64,000 bases of DNA from Alphaproteobacteria bacterium (GCA_965227515.1 CBDDFZ010000001.1:3200001-3264000); one strand, 5' to 3'; shown: positions 1 to 11,282, counted from the stretch's first letter. A program made the numbers and translations. Notes: a model not told the origin generated them from the sequence alone.

Positions 1-1769
1 ATCTCGACCTTGCCGGTACCCTTAAAGTGCTTGGCGATCAGCCGGTCGCGGTCGGCCTCGTCGCGGGCATAGACGGTGTCGCCGCCACGGCTCAGCCGGT
101 AGAGCGGCGGGATCGCGAGATAGAGGTGCCCGTCCTCGATCAGCTTCGGCATCTCGCGGAAGAAGAAGGTCATCAGCAGGGCTGCGATATGGGCGCCGTC
201 CACATCGGCGTCGGTCATGATGATCACGCGCTCGTAGCGCAGGTCGTCGCCGCGATAGCCCGCACCGCTGCCGCAGCCGAGCGCCTGGATCAGGTCGGCC
301 ACTTCCTGGTTCTGGCGCAGTTTCTCAGCCGAGGCGCTGGCGACGTTCAGGATCTTGCCGCGCAGGGGCAGAATCGCCTGGGTGTGGCGGTCGCGCGCCT
401 GCTTGGCCGAACCGCCGGCGCTGTCGCCCTCGACCAGGAAGATCTCGCTGCCCGCCGCCACGTTGGAGGCGCAGTCGGCCAGCTTGCCCGGCAGGCGCAG
501 CTTGCGCGAGGTCGCGGTCTTGCGCGCCAGTTCGCGCTGCTGGCGGCGGCGCTGGCGCTCCTCCGCACGCTCCAGGGCGTGGGCCAGCAAGGCATTGGCG
601 GTGGCGGTGTCGCTGGCGATCCAGTGGTCGAAATGATCCTTAATCGCGGCATCGACCAGGCGCACCGCGCCCGGCATCGCCAGCCGCTCCTTGGTCTGGC
701 CCTGGAATTGCGGGTCGCGGATGAACAGCGACAGCAGCACATGCGCCCCATCGACGATGTCCTCGGTGGCGATCTGGCCGCCGCGCTTGTTGCCGACCAG
801 CTCGGCATAGCCGCGCAGCCCCTTGGTCAGCGCGTTGCGCAGGCCCTGCTCGTGGCTGCCGCCCTGGGGCGTCGGCACCGTGTTGCAGTAGGAGCGCAGC
901 GCGCCGTCCTGGTCCAGCGGCCAGGCGATGGCCCATTCGACCTTGCCCTGCCCCTCGCCCAGCTCCACGGCGCCCGAGAACGGCGTGCCGGTAACCTGCT
1001 GGCGGTCGCCGAGTGTGGCGGCCAGGAAGTCCGCCAATCCGCCCGGGAAATGCAGGGTCGCTTCGGCGGGCGTGCGGCTGCCGTCGTCCAGCAGCGCCGA
1101 GTCGCAGGTCCAGCGGATCTCGACGCCCCGGTGCAGATACGCCTTGGAGCGCGCCATCTCATAGAGGCGCTGCGGCTTCAGGGACTGGGGGCCGAAGATC
1201 GCCGGGTCGGGGCGAAAGCGCACCAGCGTGCCGCGGCGGTTGTTGACCGCGCCCTTGTCCTGCAGCGGCCCGGTCGGCACGCCCTGGCGGAACGACTGGG
1301 TCCACAGACGGCGGTCCCGCGCGACCTCCATCTCCAGCTCTTCCGACAACGCATTCACCACTGAGAGGCCGACGCCGTGCAGTCCGCCCGCGGTGGCGTA
1401 GGCCTTGCCGCCGAACTTGCCGCCGGAATGCAGCGTGGTGAGGATCACCTCCAGCGCCGACTTGTCAGGGAACTTCGGATGCGGGTCGACCGGAATACCG
1501 CGCCCGTTGTCGCGCACCGTGACCGCGCCGTCGGCGGCGAGGTCGATGGCGATCCAACTGGCGTGGCCGGCCACCGCCTCGTCCATCGCGTTGTCGAGAA
1601 GCTCGGCGACCAGGTGATGCAGCGCGCGCTCGTCGGTGCCGCCGATGTACATGCCCGGCCGGCGGCGGACCGGCTCCAGCCCCTCCAGAACCTCGATGTC
1701 CTGGGCGGTGTAGTCGGTGTCCCGCGCGGTGGCGGAGCCGAACAGGTCGGCAGCTTCGGCATTGCTCAT
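1..1769 (-). CDS. parE: DNA topoisomerase IV subunit B (3' end runs off the window)
   Basis: Minus-strand translation from ATG 1769: MSNAEAADLFG...YTAQDIEVLEGLEPVRRRPGMYIGGTDERALHHLVAELLDNAMDEA...GGLHGVG...EIFLVEGDSAGGSAKQAR...LPLRGKILNV. The 'LEPVRRRPGMY' and 'DLF' N-terminus are typical of alphaproteobacterial ParE rather than GyrB. Confidence 0.9.
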   Translation of the reverse strand, partial: MSNAEAADLFGSATARDTDYTAQDIEVLEGLEPVRRRPGMYIGGTDERALHHLVAELLDNAMDEAVAGHASWIAIDLAADGAVTVRDNGRGIPVDPHPKFPDKSALEVILTTLHSGGKFGGKAYATAGGLHGVGLSVVNALSEELEMEVARDRRLWTQSFRQGVPTGPLQDKGAVNNRRGTLVRFRPDPAIFGPQSLKPQRLYEMARSKAYLHRGVEIRWTCDSALLDDGSRTPAEATLHFPGGLADFLAATLGDRQQVTGTPFSGAVELGEGQGKVEWAIAWPLDQDGALRSYCNTVPTPQGGSHEQGLRNALTKGLRGYAELVGNKRGGQIATEDIVDGAHVLLSLFIRDPQFQGQTKERLAMPGAVRLVDAAIKDHFDHWIASDTATANALLAHALERAEERQRRRQQRELARKTATSRKLRLPGKLADCASNVAAGSEIFLVEGDSAGGSAKQARDRHTQAILPLRGKILNVASASAEKLRQNQEVADLIQALGCGSGAGYRGDDLRYERVIIMTDADVDGAHIAALLMTFFFREMPKLIEDGHLYLAIPPLYRLSRGGDTVYARDEADRDRLIAKHFKGTGKVE

Positions 1770-1887
1770 GGCCGCGTTATAGGCACGCGACTCACGGCGC
1801 GGCAAGCGGGGCGATGGCAGCGGCGCTGCGCCATTGATCCCGCCGGTCGGTACCGCGACAATGCGTGGAACAGTCTTGAGGAAACAT

Positions 1888-2289
1888 ATGCCGGACAAAC
1901 CGTCCCAGTCGCCCGGCGACGGCCCGCGCGGCCAGCTCGCCACCCAGACCATCGCCATGCCGGCGGACACCAACCCGTCCGGCGACATCTTCGGCGGCTG
2001 GCTGCTCAGCCAGATGGACCTGGGCGGCGCCGTGGTGGCGCGCGAGCGTGCCGGCGGCCGGATCGCCACCGTGGCCATCGACTCGATGACCTTCCGCCGC
2101 CCGGTGCATGTCGGCGACCTGGTGAGCTGCCATGCCGAGGTCATCAAGGTCGGGCGGACCTCGATCCGCGTGGCGGTGGAGGCCTGGGCAACGCGCGCCA
2201 ACGGTGTGCGCGACCTCGTCACCCAGGGCACCTATACCTATGTCGCCATCGACGAGGATCGCCAACCCCGGGTGATTGGGCCAAGGTGA
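1888..2289 (+). CDS. acyl-CoA thioesterase (YciA-like hotdog fold)
   Basis: MPADTNPSGDIFGGWLLSQMDLGG motif; GAGGA RBS upstream of ATG 1888. Confidence 0.9.
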   Translation: MPDKPSQSPGDGPRGQLATQTIAMPADTNPSGDIFGGWLLSQMDLGGAVVARERAGGRIATVAIDSMTFRRPVHVGDLVSCHAEVIKVGRTSIRVAVEAWATRANGVRDLVTQGTYTYVAIDEDRQPRVIGPR

Positions 2290-2354
2290 TCTGCCCCGCC
2301 CCCTGCCCCTGACCCCTTCCCTGCCCACCGACAACCCTTCGAACAGGAACCGAC

Positions 2355-2657
2355 ATGATCAGACACATGGTTTGCGTGCGCTATCGCAGCGACGTGACGG
2401 ACGCACAAGTACGTGACATCCAGCAGGCGCTGGCGGCGCTGAAGGACCGCATCGGCGGCTTTCAATCCATTGAATTCATGAGTAATTTGAGCCCGGAGGG
2501 CATGGACCACGGGTTCAGCGAGGGCTTCCTGATCACCTTCGACGGCGTTGCCGCCCGCGATGCCTATCTGGCAGACAGTGAGCACGCGAAGGCCGGCGAG
2601 AAGCTGGTCGCGGCGGCAGAGGGCGGAAAGGATGGCATCTTTGTCTTCGATTTCTAA
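2355..2657 (+). CDS. Dabb (stress-responsive A/B barrel) protein
   Basis: MIRHMV...NLSPE...GF...YL..H..., ending in VFDF. Confidence 0.85.
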   Translation: MIRHMVCVRYRSDVTDAQVRDIQQALAALKDRIGGFQSIEFMSNLSPEGMDHGFSEGFLITFDGVAARDAYLADSEHAKAGEKLVAAAEGGKDGIFVFDF

Positions 2658-3024
2658 GGCGCTGAGTGCTGTGGTCGTGGCGGCGGCGCTGGCCGTGCCG
2701 TCGTCGCTGGCCCTGGCCGGCGAAGCCGACGTGGTGGCGGTGGAAGCGCACATGACGGCACCCGGCGTCTACCGCTTCGACGTGTCGGTGCGCCATGACG
2801 ACACCGGCTGGGACCACTACGCCAACGCCTGGGAGGTGGTGGCGCCCGACGGCACCGTGCTCGGCACCCGCGAGCTGCTGCACCCGCACGAAAACGAGCA
2901 GCCCTTCACCCGCTCGCTCTCCGGCGTCGAAATCCCCGACGACATCGCCACGGTCACCGTGCGTGCCGTCGACAGCGTGCACGACCGCGGCGGCGCCGAA
3001 ATGTCGGTGGACCTGCCGCGCTAG
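2632..3024 (+). CDS. conserved hypothetical exported protein
   Basis: Signal peptide followed by RHDDTGWDHYANAWEV...RELLHPHENEQPFTRSL; start uncertain. Confidence 0.75.
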   Translation: MASLSSISKALSAVVVAAALAVPSSLALAGEADVVAVEAHMTAPGVYRFDVSVRHDDTGWDHYANAWEVVAPDGTVLGTRELLHPHENEQPFTRSLSGVEIPDDIATVTVRAVDSVHDRGGAEMSVDLPR

Positions 3025-3098
3025 CATCCTGGATATGCGTCAGTCGCATGGGTAATGCCGCCGCGATGTGCTACGCAGCACGCAGCGGGAGGGGCCTC

Positions 3099-4073
3099 AT
3101 GCGCATCGTATTCCACGGATTGTTCGCCACCAGCTTTGCCGACGGCATGGCCGACGTGCTGCCATCTGGCGCCGAGGTCGCTTGCCTGCCGGACGATCTC
3201 GCGTCGGATGCCGACCGCGCAACCTATGCCGCGGCCGAGGTCATCGTCTCACCGGTGTTCAAGGAGAGCTTCCCGCGCCCCGATGGGCTGAAGCTGTTCC
3301 ACATTCCCGGCGCCGGTTTCGATGGGGTGGCGTTCGATGCGCTGCCGCCGGACGCGGTGGTCTGCAACTGCTTCGGCCACGAGGATGCGATGGCCGAGTA
3401 CGTGATGGCGACGCTGCTGGCGCGCACGATACCATTCGCTGAGGCAGACCGCGACCTGCGCCAGGGCGTGTGGACCCATCGCTCCGGCCCCATCGAAACG
3501 CTGCACGGCGAACTCGGCAGCCAGACCATGGGGCTGCTCGGCTACGGCCACATCGGCAAGGCGGTGGCGGTGCGGGCTAAGGCGTTCGGCATGCAGGTGC
3601 ACGTCGCCAATCGCAGCCCGGTCGCCCCGTCGGATGTGGTGGACACGGCATTCGGCCTCGACCGTCTGGACGAGTTCCTGGGCTCGGTCGACGTGGTTGT
3701 GGTCAGCGTGCCGCTGGTGCCGGAGACCGAGGGCCTTGTCGACGCGGCCGCGCTGGCGACCATGCGGCCGAACGCCGTGCTGATCAACGTCGCGCGCGGC
3801 CCGGTGGTGGACGAGAACGCGCTCTACGCGGCGCTACGGGACAACCGGATCGGCGGCGCGATCATCGACACCTGGTATCGCTATCCCACCGCCGACACGC
3901 CGCAGCCGTTGCCGTCGACCGCCCCGCTGCACGAGCTTCCCAATATACTGATGACGCCCCATATGTCGGGATGGACACAGGGCATGCGCGCGCGGCGGCA
4001 GCGCGTTATTGCGGACAATGTTGCGCGGCGCTTCGTGGGCGAGCTGTGCATCAATCGGATCTGGCCCCGGTAG
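3099..4073 (+). CDS. D-isomer-specific 2-hydroxyacid dehydrogenase
   Basis: GLLGYGHIG Rossmann motif, INVARGPVVDE, TPHMSG. Confidence 0.9.
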   Translation: MRIVFHGLFATSFADGMADVLPSGAEVACLPDDLASDADRATYAAAEVIVSPVFKESFPRPDGLKLFHIPGAGFDGVAFDALPPDAVVCNCFGHEDAMAEYVMATLLARTIPFAEADRDLRQGVWTHRSGPIETLHGELGSQTMGLLGYGHIGKAVAVRAKAFGMQVHVANRSPVAPSDVVDTAFGLDRLDEFLGSVDVVVVSVPLVPETEGLVDAAALATMRPNAVLINVARGPVVDENALYAALRDNRIGGAIIDTWYRYPTADTPQPLPSTAPLHELPNILMTPHMSGWTQGMRARRQRVIADNVARRFVGELCINRIWPR

Positions 4074-4306
4074 CGCGCTTTTACGCGCTGGGGTACACCG
4101 GCGCCGCTGCTTCGGCGGCGCACTGACCATACAGGTTGTGACGCGCCTCACAGTCGTGCCGGCATGTTCGCCAATTCCGACGAATTGCGGACATTATCGC
4201 CCGATAACCAACGTCGCGGCTAGCCCCACGCACTTTGGGGGTGGCCCGTCAACATCGGTTCTTGCCGGCCCAAAACCGCGGTCGGCCTATTGCCAGGGAG
4301 CAAAAT

Positions 4307-4966
4307 ATGTCGCTAAGGATCAATAGTGTAGCGCCGGACTTTGAAGCCGAAACCACGGAAGGCCGGATCAAATTCCATGACTGGATCGGTGACGGTTGGG
4401 CGGTGTTGTTCTCGCACCCGAAGGACTTCACGCCGGTCTGCACCACCGAACTCGGTTACATGGCGCGCCTCAAACCGGAATTCGAAAAGCGCAACTGCAA
4501 GATCATCGGACTGAGCGTCGACCCGGTGGACAACCACACCAAGTGGGCGCAGGACATCGCCGACGTCATGGGGGCAGCCCCGAACTATCCGATGATCGGT
4601 GACACCGACCTGAAGGTGGCCAAGCTCTACAACATGCTGCCGGAGGAGACTGCCGGTGGATCCGAGGGCCGAACTGCTGCCGACAATGCCACCGTACGCT
4701 CGGTCTTCGTCATTGGGCCGGACAAGCAGATCAAGCTGATCCTGACCTATCCCATGAGCACGGGCCGTAACTTCGACGAGATACTGCGCGTGTTGGACAG
4801 CATGCAGCTCACCGCCAAGCACAAGGTGGCGACGCCCGTGAACTGGCGGAACGGCGAAGACGTGATCATCGTACCGGCGGTGTCGGATGACGACGCCAAG
4901 AAGGCATTTCCAAACGGCTGGGACGCCAAGAAGCCATATCTGCGTGTGGTGCCACAGCCCCGATAG
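4307..4966 (+). CDS. 1-Cys peroxiredoxin (Prx6 type)
   Basis: FSHPKDFTPVCTTE motif, GRNFDEILR. Confidence 0.95.
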   Translation: MSLRINSVAPDFEAETTEGRIKFHDWIGDGWAVLFSHPKDFTPVCTTELGYMARLKPEFEKRNCKIIGLSVDPVDNHTKWAQDIADVMGAAPNYPMIGDTDLKVAKLYNMLPEETAGGSEGRTAADNATVRSVFVIGPDKQIKLILTYPMSTGRNFDEILRVLDSMQLTAKHKVATPVNWRNGEDVIIVPAVSDDDAKKAFPNGWDAKKPYLRVVPQPR

Positions 4967-5006
4967 GCGTTAGGGAATACCCGGTGATGGCGTCTCGTCC
5001 TGGAGC

Positions 5007-6257
5007 TCAAGACTCCGGTGCGAACACCATCACCAACCCCTCGGTCTCACGCACCGCCTCCTCGGTCGTATCCTCGTAGAGCACGATCGCATCCTCGGTC
5101 ATCGTGATGCTGACCTCGCCGTCGATGGTCATGTACCCCGTGGCAGCGATCCTGCCGTCTGGCAGGACCGTAACATCGTTGAAGTTGCTGCTCAGCGGAT
5201 GGTCGGATTCGAACCGCCAGACCACGTCTCCCGCCGCGTCGAAGCGCACGGCGAGCGCCCGCGAGCTCGCGTCGGCATCGTCCTTCAAGTAGCCGACCGC
5301 GACCGCCCCACCGTCCGGCATCGCGGCCACGGCGTCTATTATGACCGACCAGGCATCGTCGAGCGTGGCCTGGGTGGTGACCGCGCCATCGTCGTCGGTC
5401 CACAGCACGACGCCATGAAACGCCCGCACCTCCGGGTTCGGCCAGTGAAAGCCGGCCATGACCGCGCCGCCGTCGGGCAGTGCGGCCACCCCGTTCAGCC
5501 GGCCGATGAATTCGAAGGTCTGTTCCGAAACGACGGTGCCGGACCGGTCCAGGCGCACCGCCCACTGCTGCTCCAACTCCTCCGTACCGGTCCAGCCCAC
5601 CGCGAGCACGTCGCCATCCGGCAGACCCGCCACATCGCCGATGCCGGTGTCCTCCGGCCCCTGGAATTGCTGGTGCGCTCTCACGCTGCCAGACGGCGCG
5701 AACCAGATCAGGAAAGCGTCGGCGGCGAGCGAACCGCCGGGCGAGTACGGCTGGGCGAGCACGAAGTTGCCGTTCGCCGTCGTGTCCAAGGACGCCGAGA
5801 ACGAGTTCCTCGCAAGCTCGATCGTGCCCTTGTAGATGTTGGCGAGGTGGTTGGCGTCGAAGATGACGAGACCGGCGACGTAGCTGTCGCCCGGTTGCCA
5901 GCGGTCGAACGTGAGGCCGGTGATTCCGCTCGGCAAGATCGCGACGTCGGTCGACTTGGCGCGCATGCCGTCGCCGGTCAGTTGCTCGAACTTCACGACG
6001 TCGCCCTCGGGCGACAGAATCGCGTAAAGCGCGGTGAACCCGGCATCGATGATGCCGCTGCCGACAGCCACGATCCCGCCGTCCGGCCGCACGTCGATGC
6101 CGTGGAACGATTGAAGCCCGGCCATTTCGGTCAGGTACGACCATGCGATGTCAGGGGCGTCTTGGGTTTGCGCGCCTGCCGGCGCCGAGGCGACCGCCAG
6201 CCCCAGTGCAAACAGGCCGACAGCCGCCGTTCGACACCGGCTCCATCGCTCGCTCAT
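5007..6257 (-). CDS. secreted beta-propeller-like hypothetical protein
   Basis: Signal peptide (..APAGA-Q) and about 7 repeats of D/G-x-x-x-LPDG-x-x-x-A(V/A)G; very acidic; start 6257 or 6275. Confidence 0.7.
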   Translation of the reverse strand: MSERWSRCRTAAVGLFALGLAVASAPAGAQTQDAPDIAWSYLTEMAGLQSFHGIDVRPDGGIVAVGSGIIDAGFTALYAILSPEGDVVKFEQLTGDGMRAKSTDVAILPSGITGLTFDRWQPGDSYVAGLVIFDANHLANIYKGTIELARNSFSASLDTTANGNFVLAQPYSPGGSLAADAFLIWFAPSGSVRAHQQFQGPEDTGIGDVAGLPDGDVLAVGWTGTEELEQQWAVRLDRSGTVVSEQTFEFIGRLNGVAALPDGGAVMAGFHWPNPEVRAFHGVVLWTDDDGAVTTQATLDDAWSVIIDAVAAMPDGGAVAVGYLKDDADASSRALAVRFDAAGDVVWRFESDHPLSSNFNDVTVLPDGRIAATGYMTIDGEVSITMTEDAIVLYEDTTEEAVRETEGLVMVFAPES

Positions 6258-6326
6258 CACTCGCTCCCTGCTCATGGCCGCACCTCCCGAACGCGTCGGG
6301 CACAGGGTAGATTGCCGCCAGGCAAA

Positions 6327-6363
6327 GAGAAACCCCGCCGGAGAGGCGTCCGGCGGGGTTCTC
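6327..6363 (-). terminator. rho-independent terminator of glnBA
   Basis: AACCCCGCCGGA-N6-TCCGGCGGGGTT hairpin followed by a T-rich tail on the minus strand. Confidence 0.75.
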
Positions 6364-6430
6364 GTAGGCTTCCGCTGTGGGCCCTGCCAGGCAGGGCCCT
6401 TGGGGAGCGACTAGCAGGCCGTCAATACGA

Positions 6431-7840
6431 TCAGCACGAGTAGTACATCACGTACTCGATCGGATGCGGCGCGGTCTCGAAGGTCACCAGGTCCTCTTCC
6501 TTCAGCGCGATGTAGCCGTCGATCATGTCGTCGGTGAACACATCGCCCTTGGTCAGGAAGCTGCGGTCGGCGTCCAGCGCCTCCATGGCCTGGCGCAGCG
6601 ACGAGCACACCGTCGGCACGCCCTCCAGCTCTTCCGGCGGCAGGTCGTAGAGGTCCTTGTCCATCGGCTCGCCCGGATGGATCTTGTTCTGGATGCCGTC
6701 CAGGCCCGCCATCAGCATCGCCGCGAACGCCAGGTACGGGTTGCTGGCCGGATCCGGGAAGCGGACCTCGACGCGCTTGGCCTTCGGGCTGGAGCCGAAC
6801 GGAATACGGCACGACGCCGAGCGGTTGCGCGCCGAATAGGCCAGCAGGATCGGCGCCTCGAAGCCCGGCACCAGGCGCTTGTAGCTGTTGGTGGTGGAGT
6901 TGGTGAACGCGTTGATGGCGCGCGCGTGCTTGATGATGCCGCCGATGTAGTAGAGCGCGGTCTCCGACAGGTCGGCGTACTGCGAGCCGGCGAAGGTCGG
7001 ATCGCCGCCCTTCCAGATCGACTGGTGCACGTGCATGCCGCTGCCGTTGTCGCCGAACACCGGCTTCGGCATGAAGGTCGCGGTCTTGCCGTAGGCATGG
7101 GCCACATTGGCCACGCAGTACTTGTAGATCTGCAGCTCGTCGGCACCCTTCAGCAGGGTGTTGAAGCCGCAGCCAAGTTCGTGCTGCGACGGCGCCACCT
7201 CGTGGTGGTGCTTCTCGATGGTCAGGCCCATCTCGCCCATGGTCGACAGCATCTCGGCGCGCAGGTCGACGCCGCTGTCCACCGGCGGCACCGGGAAATA
7301 GCCGCCCTTGGGCCGCGGCCGGTGGCCGTGGTTGCCTTCCTCGAAGCGCTTGGCGCTGACGTAGGGGCCTTCCTCGCTGTCGATCTCGAAGCCCGAGCGG
7401 TTCATGGTCACTTCGTAGCGCACGTCGTCGAACACGAAGAACTCGGCCTCGGGGCCGAAGTACGCGGTGTCGCCGATGCCGGTCTGGGCCAGATAGGCTT
7501 CCGCCTTCTTCGCCACGCCGCGCGGGTCGCGCTCATAGGGCTGGCCGGTCAGCGGCTCCAACACGTCGCAAAACAGGATCAGGGACGTCTGCGCCGCGAA
7601 CGGATCGATGACCGCGGTCGACAGGTCCGGCATCAGGTTCATGTCGGATTCGTTGATCGCCTTCCAGCCGGCAATCGACGAGCCATCGAACATGATGCCG
7701 TCGGTCAGCAAGTCGGCGTCGACGCTGTCGACGTACTGCGCCGTGTGTTGCCATTTGCCGCGCGGATCGGTGAAACGGAAGTCAACGTACTTGACCTCGT
7801 TCTCCTCGATCATCTTCATTACTGTATCGGCATCCGACAT
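6431..7840 (-). CDS. glnA: glutamine synthetase type I
   Basis: [24 protein letters not shown], adenylylation site DLYDLPPEE. Confidence 0.98.
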   Translation of the reverse strand: MSDADTVMKMIEENEVKYVDFRFTDPRGKWQHTAQYVDSVDADLLTDGIMFDGSSIAGWKAINESDMNLMPDLSTAVIDPFAAQTSLILFCDVLEPLTGQPYERDPRGVAKKAEAYLAQTGIGDTAYFGPEAEFFVFDDVRYEVTMNRSGFEIDSEEGPYVSAKRFEEGNHGHRPRPKGGYFPVPPVDSGVDLRAEMLSTMGEMGLTIEKHHHEVAPSQHELGCGFNTLLKGADELQIYKYCVANVAHAYGKTATFMPKPVFGDNGSGMHVHQSIWKGGDPTFAGSQYADLSETALYYIGGIIKHARAINAFTNSTTNSYKRLVPGFEAPILLAYSARNRSASCRIPFGSSPKAKRVEVRFPDPASNPYLAFAAMLMAGLDGIQNKIHPGEPMDKDLYDLPPEELEGVPTVCSSLRQAMEALDADRSFLTKGDVFTDDMIDGYIALKEEDLVTFETAPHPIEYVMYYSC

Positions 7841-7930
7841 CTTATGTGTTCCCCTCTCCGTTGAATGGGTCAGTGGCTCCGGTCAAACCGGAATGCCTTG
7901 GGTCTTGTGGCTGGGTGAATTGGCAGACGG

Positions 7931-8320
<390 letters not shown>

Positions 8321-8400
8321 TCAGGCGTCGGCCAGGCACGCGCAGCGAACTCAGGCACAGCCGCAGTGTCGCATGTCGTTTCGAACCAGCGCCGTCACGA

Positions 8401-8417
8401 AGCATGCTCCGTGCCAA
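8401..8417 (-). promoter_or_regulatory. sigma54 (-24/-12) promoter of glnBA
   Basis: Minus strand reads TTGGCACGGAGCATGCT, i.e. GG-N10-GC. Confidence 0.8.
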
Positions 8418-8509
8418 CATTGGCCGGGAATTGCCCGGCACGCGAAACCCGCGCCAATTGCCGCCGAATGCCCGCGCTTTCGGCTAAGCATGCCTTCTAA
8501 ACGATCAAT

Positions 8510-8526
8510 CGCCCAAAAAATAGGCA
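8510..8526. promoter_or_regulatory. putative NtrC enhancer site
   Basis: CGCCCAAAAAATAGGCA dyad about 100 bp upstream of the sigma54 promoter. Confidence 0.55.
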
Positions 8527-8528
8527 CA

Positions 8529-9704
8529 CTATCGCGACAGATATGAGCGCATCTTCGTCATCGCCGCCTCGATGTTCTCGACCGAGTTGGCGTAGGAGAA
8601 GCGGATATAGCCCTCGCCATTGGCGCCGAAGCTGGTGCCGGAGATGGCGGCGATGCCGAGTTCCTCCAGCAGTGTGTGCTGCAGTTCGCGCGATGTCTTG
8701 CCGGTGCCGGTGATATTGGCGAAGGCATAGAAGGCGCCGCCGGGCTCGATGCAGGTCACGCCCTCGATCTGGTTGAGCGCGCGGGTGATGACCTTGCGGC
8801 GCTGGTCGAAGGCGCGGACCATCTCGCCCACCGCATCCTGCGGGCCCTCCAGGGCGGCGATGCCGGCGTATTGGGTGGCGGCGTTGACGCAGGAATGGCA
8901 GTTGATCGACAGCCTGGTCGCGTGCGGGGCCAACTCCTTCGGCCAGATCGCATAGCCCAGCCGCCAGCCGGTCATGGCATAGGTTTTCGACCAGCCGTCC
9001 AGCATGATCACCCGGTCGCGGATCGCCGGGTAGCTCAGCATGCTGGTGTGCTCGCGCCCGTCATAGGTCATCTGCGAGTAGATCTCGTCGCTCAGGATAT
9101 GGACATGCGGGTGGGCCTCCAGCCCCGCCGCCAGCTTGTCCAGTTCCTCCTTCGGCACCGCGCCGCCGGTGGGGTTGGCCGGGGTGTTCAGGATGATCAG
9201 GCGGGTCTGCGGCGTGATCAGGTTCAGCACTTCCTCGGCGCTGAATGAGAAGCCGTTCGATTCATAGAGCGGGATCGGCACCGGGGTGGCGCCGGTGAAC
9301 TTGATGACGGACTCATAGATCGGGAAGCCGGGGTTCGGATACATGATCTCCACCCCCGGCGTGCCGAACATCAGGGTGGCGAAGAACATGGTGACCTTGC
9401 CGCCCGGCACCACCACCACCGTATCGGGGTCGATATCAAGGTCGTGGCGCTTGTTCAGGTCGTTGGCGACCGCCTCGCGCAGCGGCAGGATGCCATTGGC
9501 GGGCGTATAGCCGTGATGGCCGTCCTTCAGCGCCTTGCAGGCGGCATCGACAATGTGCTCGGGCGTACGGAAATCGGGCTGGCCGATGCCGAGATTGATG
9601 ATTTCGCGGCCTTCCAGTTCCAGCGCCTTGGCGCGCGCCAGCACCTCGAATGCCGTCTCCGTACCCAGCCGGCCCATGCCGGGCGCCAGCAAGTCCATGT
9701 CCAT
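8529..9704 (-). CDS. class I/II PLP-dependent aminotransferase
   Basis: NTPANPTG, SDEIY, GWSKTYAMTGWRLG. Confidence 0.93.
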   Translation of the reverse strand: MDMDLLAPGMGRLGTETAFEVLARAKALELEGREIINLGIGQPDFRTPEHIVDAACKALKDGHHGYTPANGILPLREAVANDLNKRHDLDIDPDTVVVVPGGKVTMFFATLMFGTPGVEIMYPNPGFPIYESVIKFTGATPVPIPLYESNGFSFSAEEVLNLITPQTRLIILNTPANPTGGAVPKEELDKLAAGLEAHPHVHILSDEIYSQMTYDGREHTSMLSYPAIRDRVIMLDGWSKTYAMTGWRLGYAIWPKELAPHATRLSINCHSCVNAATQYAGIAALEGPQDAVGEMVRAFDQRRKVITRALNQIEGVTCIEPGGAFYAFANITGTGKTSRELQHTLLEELGIAAISGTSFGANGEGYIRFSYANSVENIEAAMTKMRSYLSR

Positions 9705-9849
9705 CGTTTCCTGCCCCATTGGATTTGTTGCGCGCGAGAGAATGCGCAAATCCACCGCCAACGCAAGCCGCAGCTATTGGGGAGCTGTTGGGGCCGGCTG
9801 GTCCGCCGGTTGCACGGCAGCGCCACATAGCTGTCATCCGGTGGGGGCC

Positions 9850-10530
9850 ATGGACCTGCGCTTCTTCGAAATCTACCGCAACGAGGAATACCTGCTGCTG
9901 CTGTTGGAGGGCGCGATGACCAGCGCGGGCCTGACCATAGGCGGCGGCGTGCTGGGCTTCGTGCTGGCGGTGCTGCTCGCCTTCGCCCGGCATCGCGCCG
10001 TGCCGGTGCTGGCCCAGGTCGCGGCCGCCTATGTCGAGTTCATCCGCAACACGCCGCTGATCGTGCAGATGTTCTTCGTCGCGTTCGGGCTGCCGATGCT
10101 GTTCGGCTATCAATTGCCGTTCTGGGGCCACGCGCTGCTGGCGCTGACCCTGAACTTCTCCGCCTACTTCGCCGAGATCCTGCGCGCCGGCTTCGCGACC
10201 GTCGACGAGGGCCAGGGCGAGGCCGCGGCCGCGCTGGGTCTGAGGCCGCTGACGATCTTCCGCAAGATCGTGATGCCACAAGCGATCGGGCGGATGTTCC
10301 CGTCGCTTTCCAGCCAGTTCATCTTCCTGTTCCTGACCACGGGCATCATCGCCGAGATCGGCGTGCGCGACCTCGCCAACGCCGGCATGTACATCGACAG
10401 CCGGACGTTCCGCACGTTCGAGGTGTTCCTGACCCTGACCGCGATCTACATCGTGCTGTCGCTCGGCTTCAAGGCGGCGATGGCGCGCATCTATGTCCGC
10501 GTCTTCCCGTGGCGGGCGGTAAGCCGATGA
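9850..10530 (+). CDS. polar amino acid ABC transporter permease
   Basis: YVEFIRNTPL, EILRAG...GQGEAAAALG (EAA motif). Confidence 0.9.
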   Translation: MDLRFFEIYRNEEYLLLLLEGAMTSAGLTIGGGVLGFVLAVLLAFARHRAVPVLAQVAAAYVEFIRNTPLIVQMFFVAFGLPMLFGYQLPFWGHALLALTLNFSAYFAEILRAGFATVDEGQGEAAAALGLRPLTIFRKIVMPQAIGRMFPSLSSQFIFLFLTTGIIAEIGVRDLANAGMYIDSRTFRTFEVFLTLTAIYIVLSLGFKAAMARIYVRVFPWRAVSR

Positions 10531-10540
10531 CGGCCCGGCG

Positions 10541-11248
10541 ATGACGGAGTGGCTCAACGGTCTGCTCGGCGCGCCGCAGGGCACGGTGCTGGCGCAGCTT
10601 CTGGAGGCGACCCAGTTCACCATCTACCTGTCGCTGATCGCCTTCGCCGGCGGCGGCCTTGTCGGTGCGCTGATCACGCTGGTCCGCATCTCGCGCCGCC
10701 GCTGGGCCAAGCGGGTCGCCATCGCCTACATCTGGTTCTTCCAGTCGACGCCGCTGTTGATGCTGCTGTTCCTGGCCGGCCTTGGCATCCCGCGGGTGCT
10801 CGGCTTCGACCTGTCGCCCTGGGTCGCCGCCTCGGTGTCGCTGACGATCTATGCAAGTGCCTATCTTTCGGACGTCTGGCGGGGTGCCGTGGAATCCATC
10901 CCGGATGGCCAGTGGGAAGCGTCGCGCAGCCTGGGAGTGCGGTTCCTGCCCATGCTGCGGCTGGTGATCCTGCCCCAGGCCATCCGCGTTGGCCTGGCGC
11001 CAACCGTGGGTTTCATGGTCCAGATCATCAAGGGCACATCGCTTGCATACATCATCGGGTTCGCCGATCTCATGCTGATCGGCAAGCGCTGGGCGAACTC
11101 ACCGGTGGAGGGCACCGAGCCATTCATCATCTTCCCGCTGATGGCATTCATCTATTTCGCGTTGTGCTTTCCGTTGTCGGTGGCGTCGCGTCGCCTGGAG
11201 AAGCGCCTCGGCGGGATCGGCCGAACGACAACCCCGACCGCCGCATGA
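10541..11248 (+). CDS. polar amino acid ABC transporter permease
   Basis: STPLL, GQWEASRSLG, IKGTSL. Confidence 0.9.
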   Translation: MTEWLNGLLGAPQGTVLAQLLEATQFTIYLSLIAFAGGGLVGALITLVRISRRRWAKRVAIAYIWFFQSTPLLMLLFLAGLGIPRVLGFDLSPWVAASVSLTIYASAYLSDVWRGAVESIPDGQWEASRSLGVRFLPMLRLVILPQAIRVGLAPTVGFMVQIIKGTSLAYIIGFADLMLIGKRWANSPVEGTEPFIIFPLMAFIYFALCFPLSVASRRLEKRLGGIGRTTTPTAA

Positions 11249-11282
11249 GCCATTCGTCCAGCCAACCAACAATGGAGGCCAC

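Noticed and set aside
27-2312. Long + strand ORFs (445 aa and 311 aa)
   Set aside because: Antisense shadows of parE, typical of high-GC DNA
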